In this document: one piece after another, positions 48,131 to 58,409 of the stretch
Layout of the letters: every line of letters starts with the position of its first letter
How positions within the stretch are numbered: position 1 is the stretch's first letter
Translations under genes and position numbers: made by a program
Notes under the pieces: model-generated
Seen by the model: only the letters and a program-made list of their open reading frames with translations
What the model was told of the DNA's origin: nothing
Databases searched by the model: none
NCBI GenBank assembly: GCA_016839815.1
Contig: JAEOTM010000038.1
Coordinates: 1-64,000, forward strand
DNA length: 64,000 nt
Origin: Candidatus Hodarchaeota archaeon
Lineage (GTDB): Archaea; Asgardarchaeota; Heimdallarchaeia; Hodarchaeales; Hodarchaeaceae
Direction: 5' to 3'

Positions 48131-49345
48131 TTGATTTATCAAGCTTCGCTCCTTTTTCTTAAGAAATTGGGAGGTTTTATACTGGAACCAAATAGCATCA
48201 TTGAAACCTCAGTAGAGGCACTTTATCCCATTACTTCTCTAGCTACTCTAAATCATGAGGGATTTAATATGACTATCTTAATAACTGGTGCTACTGGATT
48301 AATTGGACAAAATTTAGTAAAAACACTTTTAGATGTTAATTCTTCTGGTGTAAAAGGTTCAGATATCCGATTATTGATAAGGGATCAGGTGGGTTCTCCT
48401 TCCAGAGAGAAATTCATTCAATGGGTTACTAGCAAGGGGATTAATATTTTCTGGGGAGATCTGAGAAGTACTTCAGATGTCCTTCGGTTTACTGATGTAG
48501 ATGATCCCAAACGCTCGGTCATAATTCACTGCGGGGCCGTTTTTAACTTCTACCAATCGTACCAAAGTCTGTACGATACGAATGTTGTCGGGACAACACG
48601 AATTCTCCATGGTTTTCATGTTAATAGAATCAAGAAGCTAGTTTATGTTTCATCTGTGGCTGTATATGGCTCTTTACATCATTCTAACGGAAAAGGAATA
48701 ACCGAGGAACAGTCTATTGATTTTAACCAAAGGAAAAGCTATGAATTAACAAAGAGTTTAAGTGAGGATCTTATATGGAAATACTCTTCTAAATATCCTG
48801 ATCGTTTGATCACTCTGTTAAGACCCTCAGGTATAGTAGGAGGTCAGGGAGTGACTTTAGACATCTTTGCTAGAATGTTTTTTGGACGATACGTTCCTTT
48901 ACCAGGAGGAGGTTCTGAAAAGATCAGTTTGGTTGATGTAAATGATGTTGTGAGAGCATTGATTTATTTTAGTGCATTTCACGTAGGAAACGGGGAAGCG
49001 TTTAACCTTGTGAGTTTTACACCGACCCTCCGTGAGTTTATACTTGAGCTAGGACATACGTTGAATTATCAAAATGTCAAAATACTGTCCATCCCGTTAG
49101 GTTTCTTTAAACCACTCTTCTATCTTTCAAAAATCATCCGAACATTCATCGAACCTAAAGAAAATTCCCTATTTCTACCAATATTATTTGATAAATTGGG
49201 ACAGGAAGTATGGATTGATAATTCAAAAATAATGGCCCATGGATTTCATCCAAAGAGCACATTAGCCGAATCCATGGACAATTTTCAACAATTTCTCATT
49301 AAAAATCCTTGGTATGCTGAAGAAAAGTTCTCAATTGCTTTATGA
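48131..49345 (+). CDS. NAD-dependent epimerase/dehydratase (extended SDR)
   Basis: ILITGATGLIG; YVSSVAVYG; YELTK (YxxxK). Likely start MTILITG (~48269). Confidence 0.9.
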   Translation: MIYQASLLFLKKLGGFILEPNSIIETSVEALYPITSLATLNHEGFNMTILITGATGLIGQNLVKTLLDVNSSGVKGSDIRLLIRDQVGSPSREKFIQWVTSKGINIFWGDLRSTSDVLRFTDVDDPKRSVIIHCGAVFNFYQSYQSLYDTNVVGTTRILHGFHVNRIKKLVYVSSVAVYGSLHHSNGKGITEEQSIDFNQRKSYELTKSLSEDLIWKYSSKYPDRLITLLRPSGIVGGQGVTLDIFARMFFGRYVPLPGGGSEKISLVDVNDVVRALIYFSAFHVGNGEAFNLVSFTPTLREFILELGHTLNYQNVKILSIPLGFFKPLFYLSKIIRTFIEPKENSLFLPILFDKLGQEVWIDNSKIMAHGFHPKSTLAESMDNFQQFLIKNPWYAEEKFSIAL

Positions 49346-49432
49346 ATATTTATTGATTCTCACTTTCAGATGGGGGTTCGAAATAGGGATTAGAAGAACT
49401 TATATTAACTTGAATAACCCGATTATTCGCAA

Positions 49433-50266
49433 ATGATTTTTCTTGGGTGTGCTGGTTGGGCTTATAACCATTGGCGTGGTCCCTTTTACCCCTCCGATAT
49501 CGCAAGCGAATTGGAGTTCTATGCTCAATATTCACATTTAAATGAGATAAATTCAACTTTTTACCGCATTCCCACCGAAACCATGGTTAGGGGTTGGTAT
49601 TATTACACCCCAGATAATTTTATCTTTTCTGCAAAACTTACACGTGATATAACTCATGCTACAAGACGTAAAGTTAAACCTGATCTTATTAAGTTGTTTT
49701 TCTCAAGATTAAAAACAGGCTTAGAGGAAAAATTCAAAATCACTCTTGCCCAATTTCCACCTCGTTTGAAATATTCTCCAGATTCTTTTAAATTCTTAAC
49801 AACAATTCTAGATGAATGTGTTTCTCAATTCGATGGTCATATCGCAGTCGAAATTAGAGATGAATCTTGGTTAATCCCCGAATTTAATGATTATTTAGCC
49901 TCACAGAAGATAGCCCTTACCCAGACTACCCGATTTTCTCTTCCAGACGATTTTCTGACTATGAATCGTGATTTTCACTATATCCGTCTATTAGGTGATC
50001 GAAAGCTAATTCCAAACAAGGCTTTGGGAAAGGTATTCTTGGATAAAAAAGCAGCATTAAATGAATGGGTCACAACAATAGTCAAATTATCGCCTTCTTA
50101 TGACACAATATTTATTCTAATCAATAATCGTTTTTCTGGTTACGCGATTAATGATGCTATAACTCTAAATAAATCCCTTAGGGCGGAAAATCTTGATGTA
50201 AAGGGATTTGAACGCTCTAATAAATACTTGAAAAGGCAAATGACCCTCCAAGAATTTTTCTCTTAG
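49433..50266 (+). CDS. DUF72 family protein
   Basis: GCAGWAYNHWRGPFYP, EINSTFYRIP, QFPP, VEIR, YIRLLG. Confidence 0.93.
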   Translation: MIFLGCAGWAYNHWRGPFYPSDIASELEFYAQYSHLNEINSTFYRIPTETMVRGWYYYTPDNFIFSAKLTRDITHATRRKVKPDLIKLFFSRLKTGLEEKFKITLAQFPPRLKYSPDSFKFLTTILDECVSQFDGHIAVEIRDESWLIPEFNDYLASQKIALTQTTRFSLPDDFLTMNRDFHYIRLLGDRKLIPNKALGKVFLDKKAALNEWVTTIVKLSPSYDTIFILINNRFSGYAINDAITLNKSLRAENLDVKGFERSNKYLKRQMTLQEFFS

Positions 50267-50276
50267 CTCCTATCTT

Positions 50277-51140
50277 TTACAGACTTTCATCGATATCTTG
50301 AATATTCTCTTTGTTCCAATCATTAGTGAGTAACAGATAGATAAAAAATGCCATTCCAGATGAGAATAATACGTCAGAACCATAATGAGCTCCAATTACA
50401 ATCCGTCCTATGGCTACAAATAACCCCCAGAAGAATATCAAGCCTTGAAATATCCGACGATACACTCCTGTCTTCGGTAAAAGGAGTAATAAAGGTAACA
50501 CCATCCATCCCATAGCCGTATGCCCTGAGGGGAACGATCGGTGCCCAGTTATTCCCTGAGGAGCAAACCATGGTGTAAACTCTCGATTATCATCTGAAAG
50601 ATCACGAAATCTTGTCCGTCCCCAGAGAAGTTTAATAGACTGTACGAAGAGTAGTGGATTGACTACTGCCAAAAGAATCGAGGTTTTAGCAAAATTTTGG
50701 GTTGTAGAACCTTTTATGACCTCAATAGTCTTGTACCGATTGATTAGTATGAACTGACCAATCACCATTATACTAGAATAGATAAAAACCTTCCCAAGTC
50801 CTGTATTAAACTCTGGTAAAAAAGTACCCAGAATGTTTACCATGAAGATTGAATTTACAATCATCCCAATCCAAAAGAGAATAATTTCATACGATTTAGT
50901 CTTTTGAGAGTATGAATTCAAGAGGAGGAAGAGACTGACACTTATGATAATATGACCTGGAATTTCCCCATATAACGCAATAAATTCAGCCCAAAATGAA
51001 TTAGAGTCTTCTAAAAGGATTGATAATGGTAGATCAACGAAAACTAAAACGATTGCGAGAACAAACCATGAAATAAATACTGAAAATAGAATTCTGCGCT
51101 TTAATAGAAAATTTTCTTTGATATAGAGTAAAAAGATCAC
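50277..51140 (-). CDS. PAP2 family membrane phosphatase
   Basis: KLLWGRTR, SFPSGH, GRIVIGAHYGSDV. Confidence 0.93.
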   Translation of the reverse strand: MIFLLYIKENFLLKRRILFSVFISWFVLAIVLVFVDLPLSILLEDSNSFWAEFIALYGEIPGHIIISVSLFLLLNSYSQKTKSYEIILFWIGMIVNSIFMVNILGTFLPEFNTGLGKVFIYSSIMVIGQFILINRYKTIEVIKGSTTQNFAKTSILLAVVNPLLFVQSIKLLWGRTRFRDLSDDNREFTPWFAPQGITGHRSFPSGHTAMGWMVLPLLLLLPKTGVYRRIFQGLIFFWGLFVAIGRIVIGAHYGSDVLFSSGMAFFIYLLLTNDWNKENIQDIDESL

Positions 51141-51272
51141 GGTCTATCATCTTATCTTATATTTGATGAGTAAAAATATTCAACTGGAGTTTATGAGACT
51201 TTTCTTCAACAATCTTCGATTTTCGGGGTGGTTTGAGTTTACTGAAAACGGAACAAAACCTTTTACTTAATA

Positions 51273-51836
51273 TTGTCCATAGTTTTTTCCATGGTGCTGT
51301 ACGAATTTGAGGGCAAAAGGCCGAGAATTGGTGAAGGAACGTGGGTAGCTCCAAGTGCTGATATAATTGGCGATGTATCCATAGGACAGAATTGTTATGT
51401 TGGTCCTGGGGCTCGAGTCCGAGGAGATTATGGTAAAATTCGCATTGGTGAAGGTTGTTCAATTCAAGAAAATGTAATTATTCATGCACGACCTGATGAG
51501 CAAACTACAATTGGGAACCATGTTACTCTTGGTCATGGGTGCATTATCCATAACGCAACGCTTGAGGATTATGTAGTTGTGGGAATGGGCGCTGTTGTAT
51601 CCGATTATGTCATTATGAAGAAGTGGGCTGTCCTAGGTGAGGCAGGTTTAGCAAGACAAAGACAAGAATTCGAACCGGGAGCAATTGGTGTTGGTGTTTC
51701 AGCCAAAATAATTGGAAATATTCATGATAGTTCAAAAAAAGCCGTTAAAGAAGAACTTTTGAAATTTAAAGAGAAATATGTTGAAATGGCTTCACGATTC
51801 TTGAAAGAAGGAGCATTTGTCAAAATTCATCCTTGA
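51273..51836 (+). CDS. Gamma carbonic anhydrase family (hexapeptide repeat) protein
   Basis: IIGDVSIG, RGDYG, IQENVIIH, GHGCIIH; three Zn-binding His. Likely start MVLYEF (51291). Confidence 0.93.
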   Translation: MSIVFSMVLYEFEGKRPRIGEGTWVAPSADIIGDVSIGQNCYVGPGARVRGDYGKIRIGEGCSIQENVIIHARPDEQTTIGNHVTLGHGCIIHNATLEDYVVVGMGAVVSDYVIMKKWAVLGEAGLARQRQEFEPGAIGVGVSAKIIGNIHDSSKKAVKEELLKFKEKYVEMASRFLKEGAFVKIHP

Positions 51837-51889
51837 CAATATGATATATTACCGAAAGATCAAAAAATTGTCTTTCAGATGAGGATGTT

Positions 51890-52192
51890 ATGAAATACTT
51901 ACGAATCCAGGTTATTGAAAAGCATGGAAAGTGTCCGCATAATATAGATGATCACTGGGAGACTCCGTATGCACTTATAAAACCTACTGGAAAAACAATA
52001 TTATGTGACGATGCACACTATGTTCTTATTCCTTATTTAGGAATGGCCTCGGGAGGTGCACAATCATGGGAGGTGGATGGAACCTGGAAAATTCATTGTC
52101 CCTCGAAAAGTGGTATTATATTTGAAATTGAGGTTTTAGATAAAATTCACAAATGGCCTGAAAACTCAGAGTGGAGTCATAAAAAGGATTAA
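51890..52192 (+). CDS. TIGR04076-like small Cys-containing protein
   Basis: GKCPH...LCDDAHYVLIPY...GG...CP...FEIE. Confidence 0.65.
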   Translation: MKYLRIQVIEKHGKCPHNIDDHWETPYALIKPTGKTILCDDAHYVLIPYLGMASGGAQSWEVDGTWKIHCPSKSGIIFEIEVLDKIHKWPENSEWSHKKD

Positions 52193-52204
52193 CCGATCTG
52201 TAAG

Positions 52205-52873
52205 TTATCCAATGGGTTGTTTACATCCAATAAAAAAACCGAAGTCTTGCAGGAAGAAATATTCTCTTAAGATTACAAATCCAGCTTGATTGAGTTCTTT
52301 CCTGAACATTCCCCAGGTGAAGCGTGCTGATTTTGGATGATATACTTTTAAGTATCGCCCAAACCAATTTAGAGAACGATTGTTAATTTCATTGATTAGT
52401 AATAGGCCATTAGGTTTCAATACACGATTTACTTCTTTCAGAGCTTCTCGCCACTTCTTTTCATGATGTAAGACGGTAAATATAAAGACTGCATCAAATT
52501 TTTTTGAAGAAAGTTTTATTGCAGTCACATCACCCTGAAATACAGTGACAGGAAGCTTTTTCCTTTTAACTAGAGACAGAGATCTCGCTACCATTTCTTT
52601 CTTCAGATCAAATGCATAATACCTTTTGGGTTTGAAATGCTCAGAAATTACTTCAATCCCATATCCTGCCCCACATCCTCCTTCGAGTATCTGTTTTTCA
52701 TATAGATTTAAGTTAAGGGAATTGAGGAGTCGCTTAAAGATTCTAAATTCAAAATATTTGAACATTAATTTTTTCAATGGACTTATCATTAACTTTTCTT
52801 CTAAGTGATGTAGATCAAATCGTGTTCGTGTTTGATTTTTTACGTTTAACGGGGGATTAGCTAAAGATTTCAC
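52205..52873 (-). CDS. Class I SAM-dependent methyltransferase
   Basis: ILEGGCGAGYG, FQGDV, FDAVF, RVLKPNG. Confidence 0.92.
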   Translation of the reverse strand: MKSLANPPLNVKNQTRTRFDLHHLEEKLMISPLKKLMFKYFEFRIFKRLLNSLNLNLYEKQILEGGCGAGYGIEVISEHFKPKRYYAFDLKKEMVARSLSLVKRKKLPVTVFQGDVTAIKLSSKKFDAVFIFTVLHHEKKWREALKEVNRVLKPNGLLLINEINNRSLNWFGRYLKVYHPKSARFTWGMFRKELNQAGFVILREYFFLQDFGFFIGCKQPIG

Positions 52874-53050
52874 GATTTACCACATTAAAAACTAGTTATT
52901 TCTAATTACTTTTATAAATAGGTGCAGTTAATTCTTTTTCTACGATAAATAAAGCAAAAATATGTAAATCTACAATAGATTTATTCTTAAGCTGTTCTCA
53001 TTTGATTTAGCTTCTGAGTATCAAGTGAGTGACAAAATAAATTAGATTAA

Positions 53051-53821
53051 ATGGTTTTAATAATGACAGAAACAACAATAAACAAAACAAATGAACAAGA
53101 AACTTTGCCACTCACTAAAATAACTGGATTCATCAAGCTAGCTCGTCCTCAATTTTTGATTGCATATTTTATTATTGCTTTAGGGGCTCTAGCTCAAGGG
53201 TTAGTTCAAGAATTCTCAATTAATGCATTTCATGCGATATTTGCGATCTTTGCTACACTTATTTCTGCAATAGGTGTACATTATCGTGATGAAGCGGGAG
53301 ATTGGGCATCAGGTTATGATAAGGTTATTGGTGGTATGGGTGTTATTCGTGACGGTATTTTAGAAGAAAAAACTGTCCGAAATGTTGGTAGAATTATAAC
53401 TGCAGTTGCAATTGCATTAGGTATATTACAAGCAGCTCTTCTATTTTTAGATTATGATCAAATTAGTTTGTTTATAATTGGAGTTCCTATTTTTATAGTA
53501 ATAGTCTTTGTCAATTTCTTAACAGAAGAAATTCCTTTGGGTCACGAAATATTTACAACGGGTTCGTACCTAGCAACGTTCTACTGGGTTTATCTTTCTC
53601 AAGATTGGATTGTAAATTCATCAGTCATCTTTTATTCAATCTTCATTTTTCTTCTTGTTTTTGCTTTAGTGCCTTATCAAGATATTGCTGATATAGAATC
53701 TGATAAAAAAACTGGTAAAAAAACCTTAAGTACAAAATTAGGAATTGATGGTATGGGCCATCTTTGTATTTTTGCTGGTTTGATTGGATTATTATTTTTA
53801 TATGCTTCTATGCTTGTTTAG
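53051..53821 (+). CDS. UbiA-family prenyltransferase (MenA-like)
   Basis: LARP; RDEAGD; DIADIESDKKTGKKTL; multiple TM helices. Confidence 0.88.
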   Translation: MVLIMTETTINKTNEQETLPLTKITGFIKLARPQFLIAYFIIALGALAQGLVQEFSINAFHAIFAIFATLISAIGVHYRDEAGDWASGYDKVIGGMGVIRDGILEEKTVRNVGRIITAVAIALGILQAALLFLDYDQISLFIIGVPIFIVIVFVNFLTEEIPLGHEIFTTGSYLATFYWVYLSQDWIVNSSVIFYSIFIFLLVFALVPYQDIADIESDKKTGKKTLSTKLGIDGMGHLCIFAGLIGLLFLYASMLV

Positions 53822-53963
53822 AGTGAAAATCAATATCTTAGTATCTTTTGGAAAGTTTTCTTTCCCTTTTTCTTTTATTTGATAAACGGGTGATTCTGAT
53901 ATTCTGAATGATACTACGAAATCACTTCAAATAGGATTTTTAACTAGAATATGCAGAGGAGAA

Positions 53964-54392
53964 GTGGAAGAACAATTTATGCTAAAATCCAATGCTCGTT
54001 GGGTACGTGGCTATCTAACAGAAGTTGATGATGGGAGAGGGCATTCTGTCACAATGGATCTACCATCCTATCAGAATGGTGACGATACTGCTGCTACTGC
54101 TCTTGAGTATATTATTATGGGCTATGCTGGTTGTACAGTCACTATGTTTCGAATTGTAGTTGATAAAATGAGATTACAAGTCGACTCAGTAAACATGAAA
54201 GTTGAAGCTGAAAAACCTGGGGAAATGGAGACTGTTACTAAGATGACTTCTGTGTTTACTGTTGTAACTAATGAACCTGAGGAAAAAATGCAAAAAGCAC
54301 TTGAAAAAGCGCGTGAAATGTGTCCTGTCGGACAAATTTTTGATATGACATCCATTCCCGCTGAAATTCGGTTAAAAATTAAGCGTCCTTAG
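53964..54392 (+). CDS. OsmC family protein
   Basis: GYAGC...CPVG cysteine pair. Confidence 0.9.
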   Translation: MEEQFMLKSNARWVRGYLTEVDDGRGHSVTMDLPSYQNGDDTAATALEYIIMGYAGCTVTMFRIVVDKMRLQVDSVNMKVEAEKPGEMETVTKMTSVFTVVTNEPEEKMQKALEKAREMCPVGQIFDMTSIPAEIRLKIKRP

Positions 54393-54416
54393 GTTTTTTT
54401 CTTTTTTCTTTTCTCG

Positions 54417-55364
54417 TTACAATTTAGGAATTAATGGAACACAGCGAGCATAATCTGATCCGCGGAAGTTATTGATTATTTTATCTATGCATGTTAGTGA
54501 AATGGAGGTCTCGGTGTGAATTTTTTCTCTAGGTATCCCTTCTTCCAGTCGGATTAAAACCTGATCTACTTCTTTAAAACTAAGATCAAATAAATATTTG
54601 TAACTAGTTGGAGTTTCTCGTTTTTTCGTATTAAGATATTCACCTAAACCCATAAATTCTCCAAACTGCACGGTTTGTGTTCGGTAGAGATTTGCTAATG
54701 GAAGAAAATCAGCAGCATGGTAAGTACCGAACTTTGTGAATAAACCCAATAACCATTCAGTTTTATTTACCGATCCTAAAAACGATTTATTCTCAGATTC
54801 TGCAACTAGAAATGCTAGTAACATATGAAGCCGAATCTTGCTTTTATAATGGGCAATTGTTTTCAGGTGATATAATTCCCGATCGGTTGTAGGCTTTTTC
54901 TGGGGAGGTGTGAAGGTTGTTTCTTCGATTTCAGACTGTGTCATGCCACGTAAAAGATAATAACTGAGATTATAGTTATATAAAGGATTCATTCCTGGTG
55001 TTGTCACTCCATAAGCAGCTTTAGTTTTTTCAAATGTAAGATTATTTATTGCAGTAAGGGCTTGTTCGATATTGATAAGAATTAAATTATCATTAGGAAT
55101 TTCAAGATACTTTTTGATTGTTTGTAGGTCTGTACTTCTTGTTATGGTGTCTGTACTGAAACGGCCACGTGGTACAATTAATTTCACATTTTCCCATCCA
55201 ACCGTTATCGCAGCTAACTTTACATTGATTAAGCTTTCAATAGAATCTCTATAAATTATCACTAATCCTTCGATATCGCGTTTTTTTAATGTAGAATCAA
55301 TAAAATCGACAATCGTTGATTGTACTTTCTTGGAATCAATTTTTAGTGCCTCTTCCAAATTCAA
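54417..55364 (-). CDS. NAD+ synthetase (NadE)-like protein A, PP-loop lost
   Basis: KSKIRLHM, GSVNKTEWLLGLFTKFG and DFLPLANLYRTQ are NadE-like; SGGxDS is replaced by YRDSIES. Start placed at TTG 55364 behind GGAGGAG (ORF track starts at 55508). Confidence 0.8.
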   Translation of the reverse strand: MNLEEALKIDSKKVQSTIVDFIDSTLKKRDIEGLVIIYRDSIESLINVKLAAITVGWENVKLIVPRGRFSTDTITRSTDLQTIKKYLEIPNDNLILINIEQALTAINNLTFEKTKAAYGVTTPGMNPLYNYNLSYYLLRGMTQSEIEETTFTPPQKKPTTDRELYHLKTIAHYKSKIRLHMLLAFLVAESENKSFLGSVNKTEWLLGLFTKFGTYHAADFLPLANLYRTQTVQFGEFMGLGEYLNTKKRETPTSYKYLFDLSFKEVDQVLIRLEEGIPREKIHTETSISLTCIDKIINNFRGSDYARCVPLIPKL

Positions 55365-55592
55365 ATTATCTCCTCCTATGCATGTATTGACCTTCAGTGA
55401 GGATAAATTATCTTTCTCTAGCAGTAAGTTGTCCTCTGAAGTGAAATATAGGGAAAGACAATAATATCTTGTTTTTATGAATATACCTACGCTTGATAGG
55501 AGCTTCATTGAAAAAATGCGATTATGCTCTTTTCAAAACAATCCTATTTGCCCCCGATCTCAATTTACGACAAATTTTTGGAGAATGACTTG

Positions 55593-57110
55593 ATGACTGA
55601 AGATCAAAATAACGATAATTCGTTTATATTGTCATTACAGTCATTCTATGAGAAATGGTCTAATCCATCACAACTAAGAGAATCACGAATCCCTCATATA
55701 GTTATAGGATTCATACTATTAGTTTTTTCCTTTTTAATCTTTCAACAGATGAATGCGGTTTCTCCTCGAATAGCAAACATTCTTCTTTTTGGAATAATAT
55801 TTGTTGGTACGTTTTTACTTGTCGCCTTGTATCATGAACGGCAGATTACGATAATTTTTGTTTCTTGTGGAATTTCTCTTTTACTTGCTTCATTTTTATT
55901 TGACAGTTTCAGATGGTCTTCGGTAGTTCTACCAGCTGGTGAACCTTATCATGGTATGATGGAATGGGAAGTTCTTGCTGTCGTCTTTGGAATGTCAATT
56001 CTTGTCGAAGCAACGTCAGAAACAGGATTATTCGATTGGTTAATCATTAGAATGCTAAAGATATCCAAAGGAAGTGTCTTTCCACTTTTCGTTATGACTT
56101 TCCTCCTCACATTCGCCCTTTCAACTGTTCTTGCAAACGTAACAGCAATGATCTTAATTAGCTCAATGATTCTGACGGTTTCTAATGGTTTAGATTACGA
56201 TCCAACTCCATTTCTCCTAGGTGCTGTTCTAGCTACCAGTTTAGCTGGGATGGCTACGTTAATCAGTTCTCTTCCATCAATCCTTGTAGGTTCTAGGGGA
56301 GATATTGAATTCGTTGAATTCTTGGTTGTTTCTATTCCATTCCTTATTTTTGCGATACCCCTGACTATCTTGTATTTGAGAAGAGTTTTCCCTCCTGAAC
56401 AGATTCCTTTAGGAAAAAGCTCCCAAGATAGTTTAGATACACAAATGATCTTGTCTCTTGATGAATGGGGAGTTGTTGAAGATCGTCAAAGATTCTATCT
56501 CGCAGCTTTATCTTTGATTTTGACAATCATAGGATTTATCCTTGCCGATTCTGTTTTTGGAATCCCAATTGGAGTTGTTGCGATTATAGGAGGAATCCTA
56601 GCAATTGTTTTAACACAAAGCGATGAACACCGTCTTTTACATGAGCTAAACTGGGATACACTACTATTTTTTGCGGGACTATTCATCCTAGTTGGAACGC
56701 TTGAGGCAACAGGCATTTTAGAAGATCTGGCTCATTCTTTAACGGATATAAGCAGAGGAGATATAGTTTTTGCAGGTGGATTAATTCTTATTATCTCTTC
56801 CTTTGTCAGTGGGATTCTAGATAATATCCCAGTCACCGCGGCATTTATTCCGATTGTTGAAAGTTTCCCAGCCACTGATTCAAATCCTCAATACTTATGG
56901 TTTATGCTGCTTTTTGGAGGAGCATTCGGTGGAGGATTGACCCCATTTGGGAGTGCGGCATCAATATTAGCGATTTCAATTCTTAGTAAGGAAGGTCGAC
57001 CTCTAAATTTTGTTTATTTCATGAAAAAATTAGTTCCTATCTCTTTACTCCTCTTAGCTTTCAGTGGGGTGTATCTAACAATCCTTGGGTTCGTTTTTCA
57101 TAGAATTTGA
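55593..57110 (+). CDS. Ion-transporter superfamily permease (SLC13/ArsB/NhaD/P-protein-like)
   Basis: ETGLFDW, WDTLLFFAGLFILVG, SGILDNIP, GGGLTPFGS. Start placed at ATG 55593 (ORF track starts at 55524). Confidence 0.88.
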   Translation: MTEDQNNDNSFILSLQSFYEKWSNPSQLRESRIPHIVIGFILLVFSFLIFQQMNAVSPRIANILLFGIIFVGTFLLVALYHERQITIIFVSCGISLLLASFLFDSFRWSSVVLPAGEPYHGMMEWEVLAVVFGMSILVEATSETGLFDWLIIRMLKISKGSVFPLFVMTFLLTFALSTVLANVTAMILISSMILTVSNGLDYDPTPFLLGAVLATSLAGMATLISSLPSILVGSRGDIEFVEFLVVSIPFLIFAIPLTILYLRRVFPPEQIPLGKSSQDSLDTQMILSLDEWGVVEDRQRFYLAALSLILTIIGFILADSVFGIPIGVVAIIGGILAIVLTQSDEHRLLHELNWDTLLFFAGLFILVGTLEATGILEDLAHSLTDISRGDIVFAGGLILIISSFVSGILDNIPVTAAFIPIVESFPATDSNPQYLWFMLLFGGAFGGGLTPFGSAASILAISILSKEGRPLNFVYFMKKLVPISLLLLAFSGVYLTILGFVFHRI

Positions 57111-57139
57111 GCCTTAATGACGAACTTTTAGGGATAAAT

Positions 57140-58066
57140 CTAAATTTTTGGAATAAGAGGTGCATTACGAGTATATATTGAAGATGCGAAATAAAGATTC
57201 ACTTTATCTATCAGCTTAGGGTCAATTTCCGTTTCTTTGTAAATTTCATTCGTTGAAAGTCCGTGTTCCAATCGAAAAAGGATCCGATCCACATCGAAAG
57301 AAGTCAATTCAAAGAAGTATTGATATTTATTCTGTACACCTGGCATAAGGTCAGCTTTGGCCTTATTTGCTATCTGGGATGGGATATCAAGATAGTCAGC
57401 AAGCTGAAGGATTTGAGTACGATACAGATTCCCAAGAGGCATAACATCTGCACAATGCCCATGTCCCCATTTTGTGAATAGGCCTGTAAGCATTTCAGTT
57501 TTATTGATAGTGCCCAACAAAAGAGTATTTTCTGTTTCTGCAGTAAGGTATGCAACCGCCATTTGAACACGAGATCGTAATTTATTATGTGCTATGATCT
57601 TATGGAGTAACCGCTCTCGTTCTGATTCTGCTTTTCCAACCATATCATAAGTATTCCCCTCAATTTCTCTGATCAAGGAGGATTTGAGCAACGAGTAACT
57701 TAAAGGTTGATACAAGGAGGGAACTTCACGAGATCGACTTGGAATTAATGCATCGGAGCTAAAAGGTTTTAGGATAGGAGTAATATCACAATAAACGATT
57801 TGAGAATCTGATATTCCAAGATATTCAATTGATGTTTTCAATGTTTCACTGTGCTTATCAAATATATTTTCAGACCTTACTAAAAGTCGTAAATCCTTTT
57901 CATCAATTGTATCCATCGTTATTTTCGCAATAATTGTCGAATCAATGAACCCTGAAAATAGGATAACGACGCCGTCCATTCTTCGTTCTTCTTTAGACGT
58001 TTCAATGAAGTGTGAAATTTTATTGACAATTTGGCTAGCTTTATCACCGATATCTAGATTTTCCAA
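57140..58066 (-). CDS. NAD+ synthetase (NadE)-like protein B, divergent
   Basis: VVILFSGFIDS (altered PP-loop), LRSRVQM, GTINKTEMLTGLFTKWG, DVMPLGNLYRTQ, ADL. Confidence 0.85.
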   Translation of the reverse strand: MENLDIGDKASQIVNKISHFIETSKEERRMDGVVILFSGFIDSTIIAKITMDTIDEKDLRLLVRSENIFDKHSETLKTSIEYLGISDSQIVYCDITPILKPFSSDALIPSRSREVPSLYQPLSYSLLKSSLIREIEGNTYDMVGKAESERERLLHKIIAHNKLRSRVQMAVAYLTAETENTLLLGTINKTEMLTGLFTKWGHGHCADVMPLGNLYRTQILQLADYLDIPSQIANKAKADLMPGVQNKYQYFFELTSFDVDRILFRLEHGLSTNEIYKETEIDPKLIDKVNLYFASSIYTRNAPLIPKI

Positions 58067-58409
58067 GAATATTTCACCAAAATAACATTGAGATTGTTTA
58101 ATATGGTAGTTTCATAAATAATACTCGAAGATGGTTCGTTTACTAAAAAAAACCTAGAAAACCTTATTCAAGAACTCTTACTTCTCAGAAAAAAATAAAC
58201 CATGCAATGTTATTAATTTATGGTTCATTTGATCTTTATCACTTTAACATTGAATATTTCATATTTTAATTTGAATAGAGGAGTTTTTACTATTTTACCC
58301 GTAAAGAAACGATTGAAAACTCTGTATTATCTCCTTTAATCTCAGAGGATTCTGGATTATTTTTTGTGAACGAATCGTAATTTCAGGCATATCTGGAGAA
58401 TTTTCACTC

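Noticed and set aside
54417-58066. Assigning the gene symbol nadE
   Set aside because: The PP-loop and other catalytic motifs are altered in both copies, so NAD synthetase activity cannot be assumed.
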